A stretch of 64,000 nt of DNA from contig JAZODM010000044.1 in the NCBI GenBank assembly GCA_045596985.1, forward strand, positions 6,222 to 70,221. The letters are read 5' to 3'. Position 1 is the first letter of the stretch. Every line of letters starts with the position of its first letter. The notes beneath the pieces are model-generated. The model was not told the DNA's origin and did not search any database. It worked only from the letters and a program-made list of their open reading frames with translations. Below, piece after piece: positions 46,047-56,435 of the stretch. The translations under genes and the position numbers were made by a program. This DNA comes from Clostridia bacterium (GTDB taxonomy: Bacteria > Bacillota > Clostridia > UMGS1883).

Positions 46047-47906
46047 ATGCAAAAATATCTTGATAAAATAAATAGCCCTGCCGATTTAAAAAAGCTTGAT
46101 AAAAAAGAGCTTTCTGTCCTTTGCGAAGAGATAAGGGAGCTTCTTATAAACAGTGTTTCAAAAAGCGGCGGACATCTTGCAGGAAATTTAGGTGTTGTAG
46201 AGCTTACCGTTGCACTGCACAGAGTTCTTCAGACGCCGAAGGATAAGATTGTGTGGGATGTGGGGCATCAGTCCTATGTACACAAAATCCTTACAGGGCG
46301 TAAGGATGAGCTTGACACTCTTCGCAAAATGGGAGGACTGAGCGGCTTTTGCAGTCCCGATGAAAGTGAATATGATACAACATTTACAGGACACGCATCC
46401 TCATCTCTTTCTGTGGCTGGGGGGATTGCAGCGGCGAGGGATATTTCAGGCGAGGATTACACGGTAGCGGCAGTTATTGGTGATGGTGCGTTTACAGGCG
46501 GACTTGCCTTTGAGGCGCTTAATAATATCGGTAATATGAAATCAAAAATGCTTATTATCCTCAATGATAATGAGATGTCCATAGCAGAAAATGTAGGTGC
46601 GTTTTCCGCATTTCTTTCACGTGCAAGGACTAACCCGAAATACACTGCGTCAAAGCGTAAGATAACCCAGAAAATTAAAAATATGCCCGGCGGCGGTAAA
46701 AAACTAATGCAATTATTGCAAAACATAAAACGCCACATTAAATGGATGGTTACTCCCAATCTTCTTTTTGAACAGTTCGGGATTACGTACCTTGGTCCCG
46801 TTAACGGACACAACGTAGAGGATATGGAGGATTTACTTAGGCGTGCAATGACACTTAATGAACCCGTTCTCGTTCACGTTATTACGAAAAAGGGAAAGGG
46901 GTATTCCCCTGCAGAAAAAAGACCGCAGGTATTTCACGGAGTAGGGCCCTTTGAAAAAAGCACGGGCGAAATTGAAAAGAAAAGGGCATCTTTTTCTGAT
47001 GTGTTTGGAAAAACGCTCTGCTCTCTTTGTGAAAAGAACGAAAAAATAGTAGCAATCACTCCTGCAATGATTCCGGGAAGCGGCCTTTTGGAATTTTCAA
47101 AAAAATTCCCTGAAAGACTTTATGATGTAGGTATAGCAGAGGGACACGCAGTTACCTTTGCAGGCGGTATTGCCGCGGGAGGCTTAGTCCCCGTTGCTGC
47201 AATATATTCGTCTTTTTTGCAGCGTGCTTATGATAACCTTATCTGCGATGTGGCACTTGCAAATTATCACGTAGTATTTGCCGTTGACAGGGCAGGACTT
47301 GTCGCAGGTGACGGTGCTACACATCAGGGGTTATTTGATATTTCGTACCTTACATCTATACCGAATATATCGCTTCTTTCCCCGTCGTGCTACAGTGAGC
47401 TTGAAAAAATGCTTGACTATGCGGTGAATAAGCATAGCGGTCCGATAGCTATCAGGTATCCGCGCGGAAGGGAAAAAGCACATATCGATAACGGCGAATT
47501 TTACCTTAGCCGTGCAAGCGTAGTGCGTGAGGGTGAAGACGTTACAATTGCTTCTGAGGGGCAGAGTGTCTGTATGGCGCTCTCTGCGGCAGAAATATTA
47601 AAGGAAAAGAACATCAGTGCAGAGGTTATCGACGTGCGCACAATAAAACCAATTGATTTTGAAACTGTATTTAAAAGCGGCAGTAAGACGGGCTACCTTT
47701 ATACGCTTGAGGAAAATCTGCGCCGCGGCGGAATGGGTGAAATGCTTTCATCGCGTGCAAAGGTCAGCGCGCAGCCGTTTAAAGTAAAAATAAAGGCGAT
47801 AGAGGATACCTTTGTCCCGCACGGCTCTATAGGGGAGCTTAATGAAAAATATGGATTTACGGCAGAAAAAATTGCCCTGGACATAGAAAGGATGCTTGCA
47901 GATTGA
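46047..47906 (+). CDS. dxs: 1-deoxy-D-xylulose-5-phosphate synthase
   Basis: TPP motif GDGAFTGGLAFEALNN, the GHQSY N-terminal motif, and a transketolase C-terminal domain. Confidence 0.95.
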   Translation: MQKYLDKINSPADLKKLDKKELSVLCEEIRELLINSVSKSGGHLAGNLGVVELTVALHRVLQTPKDKIVWDVGHQSYVHKILTGRKDELDTLRKMGGLSGFCSPDESEYDTTFTGHASSSLSVAGGIAAARDISGEDYTVAAVIGDGAFTGGLAFEALNNIGNMKSKMLIILNDNEMSIAENVGAFSAFLSRARTNPKYTASKRKITQKIKNMPGGGKKLMQLLQNIKRHIKWMVTPNLLFEQFGITYLGPVNGHNVEDMEDLLRRAMTLNEPVLVHVITKKGKGYSPAEKRPQVFHGVGPFEKSTGEIEKKRASFSDVFGKTLCSLCEKNEKIVAITPAMIPGSGLLEFSKKFPERLYDVGIAEGHAVTFAGGIAAGGLVPVAAIYSSFLQRAYDNLICDVALANYHVVFAVDRAGLVAGDGATHQGLFDISYLTSIPNISLLSPSCYSELEKMLDYAVNKHSGPIAIRYPRGREKAHIDNGEFYLSRASVVREGEDVTIASEGQSVCMALSAAEILKEKNISAEVIDVRTIKPIDFETVFKSGSKTGYLYTLEENLRRGGMGEMLSSRAKVSAQPFKVKIKAIEDTFVPHGSIGELNEKYGFTAEKIALDIERMLAD

Positions 47907-48706
47907 AAATCAGACTTGATGCATATTTAGTTGAAAACGGTCTCGTTTCGGGCCGTGACCTTGCAAAGAGCCTTATTATGGAGGGCAAGGTTTATGTTAA
48001 TAATCAGAAAGCCGACAAGGCAGGGGAGCAGGTAAGCGAAAAGGACAAGGTTGAGCTGCGCGGTGAAACACTTAAATATGTAAGCCGCGGCGGGTTAAAG
48101 CTTGAAAAGGCTATGAACACATTTCCGATAAAGCTTGACGGCAAGATTGCGATGGATATAGGTGCATCTACGGGTGGGTTTACCGACTGTATGCTGCAAA
48201 ACGGTGCAAGAAAGGTTTTCGCAGTTGATGTCGGGTACGGACAGCTTGCGTGGAAACTACGCACGGATGAGCGTGTGGTTAATATGGAGCGTACCAATAT
48301 CCGTTATGTAACGCCCGAAGATGTTGGGGAGGAGCTTGATTTTGCATCGATTGATGTTGCGTTTATCTCCTTGAAGCTTGTACTGCCGGTGGCGAAAAAT
48401 TTGCTTAAAGAAAACGGAGAGCTGGTTGCCCTTATAAAGCCGCAGTTCGAGGCAGGTCGCGAAAAGGTCGGCAAAAAAGGCGTTGTGCGTGAGCCGTCCG
48501 TCCATCGTGAGGTTATATGTGAGGTTACGCAGTTTGCGCAGGAATGCGGTTTTTGTGTTCTGGGACTTGACTTTTCGCCCATAAGGGGGCCGGAGGGTAA
48601 TATTGAGTACCTTATGTATGCAAAAAAGAGCAGCGAATTTGAAAAGAAGGATTTTGAAGAGGAAATTGCCGCCCTTGTAAATAAAAGTCATTTGGAGGCA
48701 AAATAA
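47903..48706 (+). CDS. tlyA: TlyA family rRNA 2'-O-methyltransferase
   Basis: S4 domain followed by an FtsJ-like MTase (DIGASTGGFTD). TTG start overlapping the dxs stop. Confidence 0.85.
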   Translation: MKIRLDAYLVENGLVSGRDLAKSLIMEGKVYVNNQKADKAGEQVSEKDKVELRGETLKYVSRGGLKLEKAMNTFPIKLDGKIAMDIGASTGGFTDCMLQNGARKVFAVDVGYGQLAWKLRTDERVVNMERTNIRYVTPEDVGEELDFASIDVAFISLKLVLPVAKNLLKENGELVALIKPQFEAGREKVGKKGVVREPSVHREVICEVTQFAQECGFCVLGLDFSPIRGPEGNIEYLMYAKKSSEFEKKDFEEEIAALVNKSHLEAK

Positions 48707-48723
48707 ATTAAAGTGGTGAAGAT

Positions 48724-50445
48724 ATGCTTTTTACTATAGATAAAAATAAGAGCCTTTCGCTTTTGCAGGCAGTAATGGCACTTTTCATAGTGCTTGCACC
48801 AGCGGCGTTGGCATTGTTGCCTGCACATTCGGATGTTTATGCTTTGTTCATTGTTTTTGCACTGGTTTTTCTGATGCGCATAAAGAAAACGCAAAGGGTG
48901 TATTTTTCCCCGATGCATTTTGTTATGCTGATGCTTCTTTGTTATACACTGATAGCTTCAATATGGGCAAAAAACAAAGAAGGACATCTTCTGTATATGT
49001 TTATAATCCTGGCGGCGATTTTTTTCCTGAGCAGTGCTTTTGATTATTTTAAAGAGAGTAACTGCGAAAATCTGCGCCGCAGGATGATGTATTTATTCCT
49101 TTCATCGGGAACGCTGTGCGCATTGATGAATATTGTCTACTGGCTTTTATACATAATTCCCGTAGCAGGGAGGGATGCGTTTTCCTATGGCGTCGGCAGC
49201 AATGATTTTCTGGCGGTGTATATGCTCCTTTGCATAATGTGCGCAATTTCCCTTATAAAGTCAAATGCACCGTTGCGCAGAAAGATATTGATACCTATGC
49301 TTTTAATAATGCTTTTCGTATTTGTTATGGCGAAAAGTCTTATCGGCTGGGTTTTGGCGCTTTTAATATGTGTAATAGCTGCTTCTTCAAAGCAGTCGGA
49401 AAAAATGTTTCTGCCCCTTTCTTTAATATCAACTGTAGTTCTGGCAGGAATAGCTATAGCCGTTTCAACGCTGATGCCCTGGGGCGAGCTTTCAGGGGAT
49501 TTGTTTGCGCTTGGCTATAGCCGCCCGTTTGGAAGCGGCGGCGGTGTGATTAGTGCGCAGGCACTTTACGGTGCAAGGGTGTATTCTAAAGACACTGCTG
49601 CAGGAATTATGGCGATGCTCTTTGCGCAGTCGGGCATCGTGGGACTTATATGCTGCGTGGCAGTAATTTTGCGCGCATTGACGCACTTTTTAAAGCTGAA
49701 AAACCGTGAAAGTCTGATTTGCCTTTTTGTACTTGTCTTGATAATGATTTTACCGCTTGGCAAAAGTTATGCAATGCTTTTTTTATGGATAGGTCTTTTT
49801 GCCTATAATGAGCAAGCGCTTTCAATGTGTGTGGGGAAAACCGTTAAAAATAAATTTCTGCAAAAAACAGTGTACACACTGGCTACGGTTTCGGTTATCG
49901 CTGCGGTGCTTTTCCTGCAGTGCTTTATGCGCGCATATGCCCATTTAAACTATAAAAACGGGAACTATATGTCAGCATATAGTTTTTACAGAGCATCTGC
50001 CGCGATAAATATTACAGACAGTGAAAGCTGCCGTCTTGCCGCAACGTGCCTTCGTAAGGGCACAGATATAAAGGCGCAGCGTGATGAGGCAATTGCACTT
50101 ATTGACAAAGCTATAAAAAGGGATGAAAGTAATCTTGAAAACACTGTTGAAAAGGCGCGCATTTACAATGCGTGTGAGGAATATGACCTGTGCGCACAGC
50201 AATACAGAGTGGCATCCCAGAGGGCAGTTGCAAGTGAAGAGTACAATCTTTCACTTGTAAAAACCCTGTATAAGATAGTGCAGAAAAATCCCAAGGGAAG
50301 CAGCGAGACGAAACGCGCGTATGAGGAAATTCTTGCCATTGCACAAGAGACGCAAAATCTTGATTACAGAAAAGAGATAAATGATATTGCCGATAAGGCG
50401 CTGATTTATACAAAAGGAGAGCTTGGCAGTGAAGAAAATAGTTAA
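48724..50445 (+). CDS. O-antigen ligase (Wzy_C)-like polytopic membrane protein with C-terminal helical-repeat domain
   Basis: ~12 TM segments with a large loop, and a ~170-aa soluble C-terminal tail. Confidence 0.5.
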   Translation: MLFTIDKNKSLSLLQAVMALFIVLAPAALALLPAHSDVYALFIVFALVFLMRIKKTQRVYFSPMHFVMLMLLCYTLIASIWAKNKEGHLLYMFIILAAIFFLSSAFDYFKESNCENLRRRMMYLFLSSGTLCALMNIVYWLLYIIPVAGRDAFSYGVGSNDFLAVYMLLCIMCAISLIKSNAPLRRKILIPMLLIMLFVFVMAKSLIGWVLALLICVIAASSKQSEKMFLPLSLISTVVLAGIAIAVSTLMPWGELSGDLFALGYSRPFGSGGGVISAQALYGARVYSKDTAAGIMAMLFAQSGIVGLICCVAVILRALTHFLKLKNRESLICLFVLVLIMILPLGKSYAMLFLWIGLFAYNEQALSMCVGKTVKNKFLQKTVYTLATVSVIAAVLFLQCFMRAYAHLNYKNGNYMSAYSFYRASAAINITDSESCRLAATCLRKGTDIKAQRDEAIALIDKAIKRDESNLENTVEKARIYNACEEYDLCAQQYRVASQRAVASEEYNLSLVKTLYKIVQKNPKGSSETKRAYEEILAIAQETQNLDYRKEINDIADKALIYTKGELGSEENS

Positions 50446-50932
50446 GGATACTTTGTTCTGGATGATTCTCGTTGTGATTGTCGGCGGTGCAGTATTTATA
50501 AATAAATATGAAAATACCAAAGAGGAAGAGAAAATAGTCGGTGTGCACGTAAAAGGTGAAGTGAGTGCACCCGGTTATTACGAGCTTCCTTACGGCAGCA
50601 GAGTAAAGGACGCCGTAAGATTCGCAGGCGGCGAGACAGATAATGCAGACCTTGCGGCACTTAACCTTGCAATGAAACTGCGTGACGGAGAAGAGCTGAT
50701 AATCGCTAAAAAAGGAGAAGCAGTGGAGAGTGAGCAGGGCGGAAAAATTAATATTAATACCGCCGATTCATATAATTTGTGTAAGCTTGAGGGAATAGGA
50801 GAAAAGCTTGCCGCCAGAATTATTGCATACAGAGCGGAAAAAGGAAGCTTTAAAACAACCGAGGCCCTTAAAAAGGTTGAGGGAATAGGCGAGGAAAATT
50901 TTAATAAAATCAAGGACAAAATAACTGTATGA
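50423..50932 (+). CDS. comEA: ComEA family DNA-binding protein (SLBB + tandem helix-hairpin-helix)
   Basis: N-terminal TM segment and NINTADSYNLCKLEGIGEKLAARII HhH motifs. Confidence 0.8.
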   Translation: MAVKKIVKDTLFWMILVVIVGGAVFINKYENTKEEEKIVGVHVKGEVSAPGYYELPYGSRVKDAVRFAGGETDNADLAALNLAMKLRDGEELIIAKKGEAVESEQGGKININTADSYNLCKLEGIGEKLAARIIAYRAEKGSFKTTEALKKVEGIGEENFNKIKDKITV

Positions 50933-50942
50933 GGATATAATC

Positions 50943-50989
50943 ACCTCACAGATTGAATATACTCAATCTGTGAGGTGAATTTTTTTGGA
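50943..50989 (+). terminator. rho-independent terminator after comEA
   Basis: tcacctcacagattga...tcaatctgtgaggtga followed by attttttt. Confidence 0.85.
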
Positions 50990-51749
50990 AAGTCCGTGTA
51001 TACTTAAACTGTTTGAAAATAAGGAGCTTTTTTCTGCCCCTTTTGAAGTAAAGGAAAATAAAGCTATATCTGTTGTCTGCGTTAAAAACAGACGCAGCAC
51101 GCTGAGAAAGTTTGTGAAAAAGTCAAAAATCACAGATGTCCTTATTGAAAGCAAAAAAGAAAACGAAAAGATTTTTCAAAATAAGGTTAAAGAGTACACA
51201 AGCTTTTCACCTGATGTTTTTTTCCCGGTGCTTGAAAAAATATTTTGTGAATATTTAAAAAAATATGGTGTGGAATTTCCGCTCGGGGAAATATATGTAA
51301 TTGCACCGCTAAATTATGCGTGCAGAATAATTTCTGCCCTGCACCGGTATTCAAGGCTTTTTACAGTGATTTCGCGTGAAGAATATCAGGGGAGAATGTA
51401 TGACGAAATTTATTTTAAGCACGGCACGCTGATACGACAGATGGAAGTGCTTAATAACGATGTAAGAGAGGATTGTGCCGTTATAAGAATGTCGGGGGAG
51501 CGCGTGCCCCTGTGGCTTAAATGTCCGATTCTTGATATGGGAAATGATGCTGCGGAAAACCCCCGTACCCTGATAATGAAAGACGTACATATAACGGATG
51601 AGTTTTCACATCAGGCGGAAAACGAATGGGGCGGAAAAGCAGGTGCATCACTTTTTTCACTGTTTGGAAAGAAACCCTCCGAAAATGCGAAAGTAAGTAT
51701 CGGCGAAAAAGCGGACAAAATTTTTTTGCTTGACACAAATGCATTTTAA
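50985..51749 (+). CDS. hypothetical protein (start uncertain)
   Basis: The 765-nt ORF has ordinary codon usage. Its only far-upstream start, TTG 50985, lies inside the preceding terminator's T-tract, so the true start is probably an internal GTG. Confidence 0.35.
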   Translation: MESPCILKLFENKELFSAPFEVKENKAISVVCVKNRRSTLRKFVKKSKITDVLIESKKENEKIFQNKVKEYTSFSPDVFFPVLEKIFCEYLKKYGVEFPLGEIYVIAPLNYACRIISALHRYSRLFTVISREEYQGRMYDEIYFKHGTLIRQMEVLNNDVREDCAVIRMSGERVPLWLKCPILDMGNDAAENPRTLIMKDVHITDEFSHQAENEWGGKAGASLFSLFGKKPSENAKVSIGEKADKIFLLDTNAF

Positions 51750-51820
51750 TACTATAATAAAAGGAGTGTGTGGAGACAGTGAGTCTTTATACAAGGAAAA
51801 TGAAAAGAGGTTGTATAGAA

Positions 51821-52294
51821 ATGGCAAAAAAGGTGTTGCTCACGGCTGAGGGCTTAAAGAAGCTTCAGGATGAGCTGGATAATCTTAAAAATGTCAGAAG
51901 GAAGGAAAATACCGCTGCACTCAAGGTTGCCAAGTCATTTGGTGATTTATCGGAGAACAGCGAGTATGACGAAGCTAAGAATGAGCAGGCAGAGATAGAG
52001 GCAAGAATTGCTGAGATAGAGAATATGCTCAAGAATGCTGAAGTAATTGACGAGGATGATATTGCAACAGACGTTGTTTCCGTTGGCGCAAAGATAAGCG
52101 TTAAGGATCTTGATGACGGTGAAGTAGCAGAGTATCTTATCGTAGGCTCAACAGAGGCTGACCCGATGAAGGGAAAAATTTCCGACGAATCTCCTTTGGG
52201 AAGTGCCCTTTTGGGACATAAGGAAGGCGAGAAGGTCGTTGTTGAGGCTCCTATGGGCAAAATGGAGTATGAAATTGTAAAAATTTCTAAGTAA
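51821..52294 (+). CDS. greA: transcription elongation factor GreA
   Basis: [23 protein letters not shown] coiled-coil N-terminus with the DLSENSEY acidic tip, and an FKBP-like C-terminus. ATG 51821 is preferred over the track's 51770. Confidence 0.9.
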   Translation: MAKKVLLTAEGLKKLQDELDNLKNVRRKENTAALKVAKSFGDLSENSEYDEAKNEQAEIEARIAEIENMLKNAEVIDEDDIATDVVSVGAKISVKDLDDGEVAEYLIVGSTEADPMKGKISDESPLGSALLGHKEGEKVVVEAPMGKMEYEIVKISK

Positions 52295-52298
52295 TTGT

Positions 52299-52333
52299 CG
52301 AAAGCTGCAGGTAGTCTGCAGCTTTCTCTTTTG
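52299..52333 (+). terminator. rho-independent terminator after greA
   Basis: aaagctgcag-gtagt-ctgcagcttt followed by ctcttttg. Confidence 0.8.
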
Positions 52334-52442
52334 AAAAAAGAAAAGTCTGTAAACAATTTGTAAAATTGCCCTGCAAGGTGTTGAAATAAAAATTTAAAGC
52401 AGTATAATAACTATGTTAAGTGTTTCGGAAAGGTTGTTATAA

Positions 52443-54191
52443 ATGTTAAAAAGACTGGCAAAATGTATACGTGAATACAAAAAAACCTCGCTTCTTGCGC
52501 CGCTTACAGTAGTGCTGGAGGTTATAATGGAAATAATAATTCCGCTTCTTATGGCAAATATGATAGATTTCGGCATAGATGCGGGGAACCTGGGTTACAT
52601 AGTAAAAATGGGAATACTTCTTTTAGTGTGCGCATTTGGTGGAATGGTGTTCGGTGCACTTGCCGGAAGATATGCAGCAGTTGCCTCCTGCGGATTTGCA
52701 AAAAATCTGCGTAGGGATATGTTCTCTAACGTGCAGAAATTTTCGTTTGCAAATATAGATAAATTTTCAACCGCAAGCATTGTTACACGTCTTACCACGG
52801 ACGTTACCAATGTGCAGAATTCGTACCAGATGATTGTTCGTACTGCAATCCGCAGTCCGTTTATGCTGGTTTTTTCGTTTGCGGCAGCGTGCAGAATAAG
52901 TGTTAAGCTTTCTATGATTTTTCTTGCGGCAATTCCGTTTCTTGCGGTGGGACTATATTTTGTTGCGAGCAACGCACACCCTATGTTTGTGCGCGTGTTT
53001 AAGACATATGATAAGCTTAATAATGTCGTTCAGGAGAATCTTCGCGGAATAAGAGTTGTAAAATCCTTTGTCCGTGAAGAGGATGAAAAAACTAAATTCA
53101 AATCTATCTCAAAAAAAATATATGACGATTTTTCCGGTGCGGAAAAAATCCTCGCCTTCAATATGCCGCTGATGCAGACAAGTATGTATGCGTGTATGCT
53201 GTTTGTGTCGTGGTTTGGAGCCAGGGCAATTATTGCAAGCGGAAATAATCCCGCCTTGGGACTTTCAACGGGCGAGCTGATGAGCCTTATAGCGTATGCT
53301 ACGCAGATATTGATGAGCCTTATGGGCCTTTCGATGGTCTTTGTTACAATCACTATTTCCAAGGCAAGTGCCGAGAGAATATGTGAACTGCTTGAAGAAA
53401 AGAGCAGTCTTACAAATTCTGATGCTCCCAGGACGTATGTAAAGGACGGAAGCATTGAATTTAGGAATGTTACCTTTAAATACAACGAGGAAGCGTCTAA
53501 ACCCTGCCTTAACAATGTGTCACTGCGCATTGAATCCGGAGAAACGATTGGTATAATCGGTGCGACCGGCTCTTCAAAGACAACGCTTGTACAGCTTGTT
53601 CCAAGACTTTATGATGCAACAAAAGGCAGCGTGCTTGTAGGCGGCACGGATGTAAAGGATATAGACCTTGATACACTTCGCAACAGCGTGGCGATGGTGC
53701 TGCAGAAAAATGTTCTCTTCTCGGGAACAATACGGGAAAATCTTTTGTGGGGCAACGAAAATGCAACGCAGGAGGAAATACAGTGGGCGTGCAGGCAGGC
53801 GTGTGCCGATGAATTTATTGAAACATTCCCTGAAAAGTACGATACATATATAGAACAGGGCGGTACCAATGTGTCGGGCGGACAGCGGCAGAGATTGTGT
53901 ATTGCACGTGCACTGCTCAAAAATCCCAAAATACTTATTCTTGACGATTCAACCAGTGCCGTAGACACAAGAACAGATGCATTTATCAGAAATGCAATGA
54001 AAAATAATATTCCTGATACCACGAAAATTATTATTGCACAGCGAATTTCTTCGGTGCAGGATGCCGATAAGATTATCGTAATGGAAAACGGTGAGGTTAT
54101 AGCGTTTGGTCCTCATACGCAGCTTTTGGAAAACTGCGATATTTATCGTGAGATATATACATCGCAAAGTAAAGGCATAGTAGCTGAGTAA
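52443..54191 (+). CDS. ABC exporter, fused TMD-NBD, heterodimer partner 1
   Basis: Six TM segments. Walker A GATGSSKTT, signature VSGGQRQR, Walker B ILILDDSTSAVD. Confidence 0.9.
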   Translation: MLKRLAKCIREYKKTSLLAPLTVVLEVIMEIIIPLLMANMIDFGIDAGNLGYIVKMGILLLVCAFGGMVFGALAGRYAAVASCGFAKNLRRDMFSNVQKFSFANIDKFSTASIVTRLTTDVTNVQNSYQMIVRTAIRSPFMLVFSFAAACRISVKLSMIFLAAIPFLAVGLYFVASNAHPMFVRVFKTYDKLNNVVQENLRGIRVVKSFVREEDEKTKFKSISKKIYDDFSGAEKILAFNMPLMQTSMYACMLFVSWFGARAIIASGNNPALGLSTGELMSLIAYATQILMSLMGLSMVFVTITISKASAERICELLEEKSSLTNSDAPRTYVKDGSIEFRNVTFKYNEEASKPCLNNVSLRIESGETIGIIGATGSSKTTLVQLVPRLYDATKGSVLVGGTDVKDIDLDTLRNSVAMVLQKNVLFSGTIRENLLWGNENATQEEIQWACRQACADEFIETFPEKYDTYIEQGGTNVSGGQRQRLCIARALLKNPKILILDDSTSAVDTRTDAFIRNAMKNNIPDTTKIIIAQRISSVQDADKIIVMENGEVIAFGPHTQLLENCDIYREIYTSQSKGIVAE

Positions 54192-54210
54192 AAATAGTTT
54201 TCGGAAAGGA

Positions 54211-56160
54211 ATGAAACAAATGAACAGACGACCCCCGATGCCTCCACCTATGAGTGGAGGAAAAATGAAGGTTGATTTTAAAACGGTCAAAAGACTGCTT
54301 TCATATATGAAGGAATATAAGCTGAAGTTTGTTTTTGTGCTTATATGCATAGTGCTGAGCGCAGGAACAAATGTTGCATCGTCGCTTTTTCTGTCTGTGC
54401 TTATAGACTCCTATATTACTCCGCTCCTGATTGAAGCAATCCCTGATTTTGCAGGCCTTTTCAGAGCAATTGTGCTGATGGGCGGAATATATGTGATTGG
54501 TGTTCTTGCAACGCTTTTTTACAATAGAACAATGTGTATAATAACGCAGGGCGTCCTTAAAGATATCAGGGATGAAATGTTTTCGCATATGCAGAGCCTG
54601 GAGATAAAGTATTTTGATACTCATTCACACGGCGATATAATGAGCCATTATACAAATGATGCAGACACTCTCCGACAGATGCTTTCAATGAGTGTTCCGC
54701 AGGCATTTTCATCAATTATCACAATTATAAGCGTTTTTTGCGCTATGCTCATACTCAGCGTATGGATGACGCTTTTTGCGGTAGTATTTTTATGGCTTAT
54801 ATTAAAGCTTGTCAAGGTTGTGGCAGGCGGCAGCGGAAAGTATTTCAGAAAACAGCAGCAGTCTCTTGCTGATGTTAACGGATATATCGAGGAAATGGTT
54901 CACGGACAGAAGGTGGTTAAAGTTTTCTGCCGTGAAGAAAAAGTACAGGAGACCTTTGATGAAAAGAATGAGGAGCTGTTTAAAAATGCAACTGCCGCAC
55001 ACAGCTATGCAAACATACTAATGCCTGTGATGAACAATCTCGGATATGTACTTTATGTATCGGTCGCAATAGTGGGCGGTATACTTGCGCTTATGAATGT
55101 GCCAAATGTGTCGTTAAAGGGTATAAATGTATTGACACTTGGTATGATTGCATCATTTCTTCAGTTGTCACGAAATTTCCTTATGCCGGTATCGCATATT
55201 TCTCAGCAGCTCAATGCGATTATATCTGCATTGGCAGGTGCAGAGAGAATTTTCAGACTGCTTGACGAAAAGCCAGAGTACGATGAAGGATATGTCACTC
55301 TTGTAAATGCAAAGTATGATGAAAACGGTAATCTTACAGAAACGGACAGGCGTACAGGTATATGGGCGTGGAAGCATCCTCATAAGGACGGCGCCCTTAC
55401 CTATACACAGGTCAAGGGTGATATAGTGCTTGAAGAAGTTACCTTCGGCTATGAGGAAAATCAGACGGTACTGCACGATGTTTCAATCTATGCGCATCCG
55501 GGGCAGAAGGTTGCCTTCGTAGGTGCGACAGGTGCAGGAAAAACGACGATTACAAACCTTATAAACAGGTTTTACGATATAGCAGACGGAAAAATCCGAT
55601 ACGACGGAATTAATATTAATAAAATACGCAAAAGTGATTTGCGCAGGAGCCTGGGCGTAGTATTGCAGGAGGTAAATCTCTTTACGGGAACAGTTATGGA
55701 GAACCTTCGCTATTCAAATCCCAATGCAACAGACGAGGAATGTATTGCGGCGGCAAAGCTTGCCAATGCTCACGGCTTTATACAAATGCTTCCGCAAAAG
55801 TATGATACGGTGATTTCCGGAGGTGGCAGCAATCTTTCACAGGGGCAGCGCCAGCTTCTCTCTATCGCGCGTGCTGCAGTGGCGGATCCCCCTGTTATGA
55901 TCCTTGACGAGGCGACCTCCTCCATTGATACACGTACAGAGGAAATTGTTCAAAAGGGTATGGACCAGCTTATGCATGGCAGAACGGTATTTGTAATTGC
56001 CCACAGGCTTTCTACAATTAAGAACTCAGATGTTATTATGGTTTTAGACCACGGTCGTATTATTGAAAGAGGAAACCATGAAGAGCTTATTGAAAAAGGC
56101 GGCACATATGCAAAATTATACCAACAACCACACGAACCCGATGCGCCCTACGCTTGTTAA
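54211..56160 (+). CDS. ABC exporter, fused TMD-NBD, heterodimer partner 2
   Basis: Walker A GATGAGKTT, signature LSQGQRQL, Walker B MILDEATSSID. An extra ~70-aa insertion lies between the TMD and NBD. The start may be ATG 54220. Confidence 0.9.
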   Translation: MKQMNRRPPMPPPMSGGKMKVDFKTVKRLLSYMKEYKLKFVFVLICIVLSAGTNVASSLFLSVLIDSYITPLLIEAIPDFAGLFRAIVLMGGIYVIGVLATLFYNRTMCIITQGVLKDIRDEMFSHMQSLEIKYFDTHSHGDIMSHYTNDADTLRQMLSMSVPQAFSSIITIISVFCAMLILSVWMTLFAVVFLWLILKLVKVVAGGSGKYFRKQQQSLADVNGYIEEMVHGQKVVKVFCREEKVQETFDEKNEELFKNATAAHSYANILMPVMNNLGYVLYVSVAIVGGILALMNVPNVSLKGINVLTLGMIASFLQLSRNFLMPVSHISQQLNAIISALAGAERIFRLLDEKPEYDEGYVTLVNAKYDENGNLTETDRRTGIWAWKHPHKDGALTYTQVKGDIVLEEVTFGYEENQTVLHDVSIYAHPGQKVAFVGATGAGKTTITNLINRFYDIADGKIRYDGININKIRKSDLRRSLGVVLQEVNLFTGTVMENLRYSNPNATDEECIAAAKLANAHGFIQMLPQKYDTVISGGGSNLSQGQRQLLSIARAAVADPPVMILDEATSSIDTRTEEIVQKGMDQLMHGRTVFVIAHRLSTIKNSDVIMVLDHGRIIERGNHEELIEKGGTYAKLYQQPHEPDAPYAC

Positions 56161-56435
56161 ATTCATGCTCTTACAGTTTGTCGGTCTTGTAAGGCGTCAG
56201 CCTTACTTCACCCTGCCGCACTGCAATAGCATTAAATTTTTCGGTGCGTAGGGTCAAAGAGTATAAAAAGTGCAAATTTACTTTCAGGCAAGTAAAATCA
56301 CGCAGAGAATACTATCGTATTTTCAAGGGATTTTGCGCTGCATCAAACTAAATTTGCCTTTTTACACCGCATTGGGTTCATGTGATTGTTGGTACGCCGG
56401 TGCATTTGAATTATCATAAAGGAAGGAACAAATAT

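Noticed and set aside
56143-56258. Long-range complementary 8-mers (ccctacgc/gcgtaggg) and a 7-bp hairpin in the ABC-to-tolC-like spacer
   Set aside because: These are short and not followed by a U-run, and nothing supports them. They were mentioned but not developed as a separate feature.
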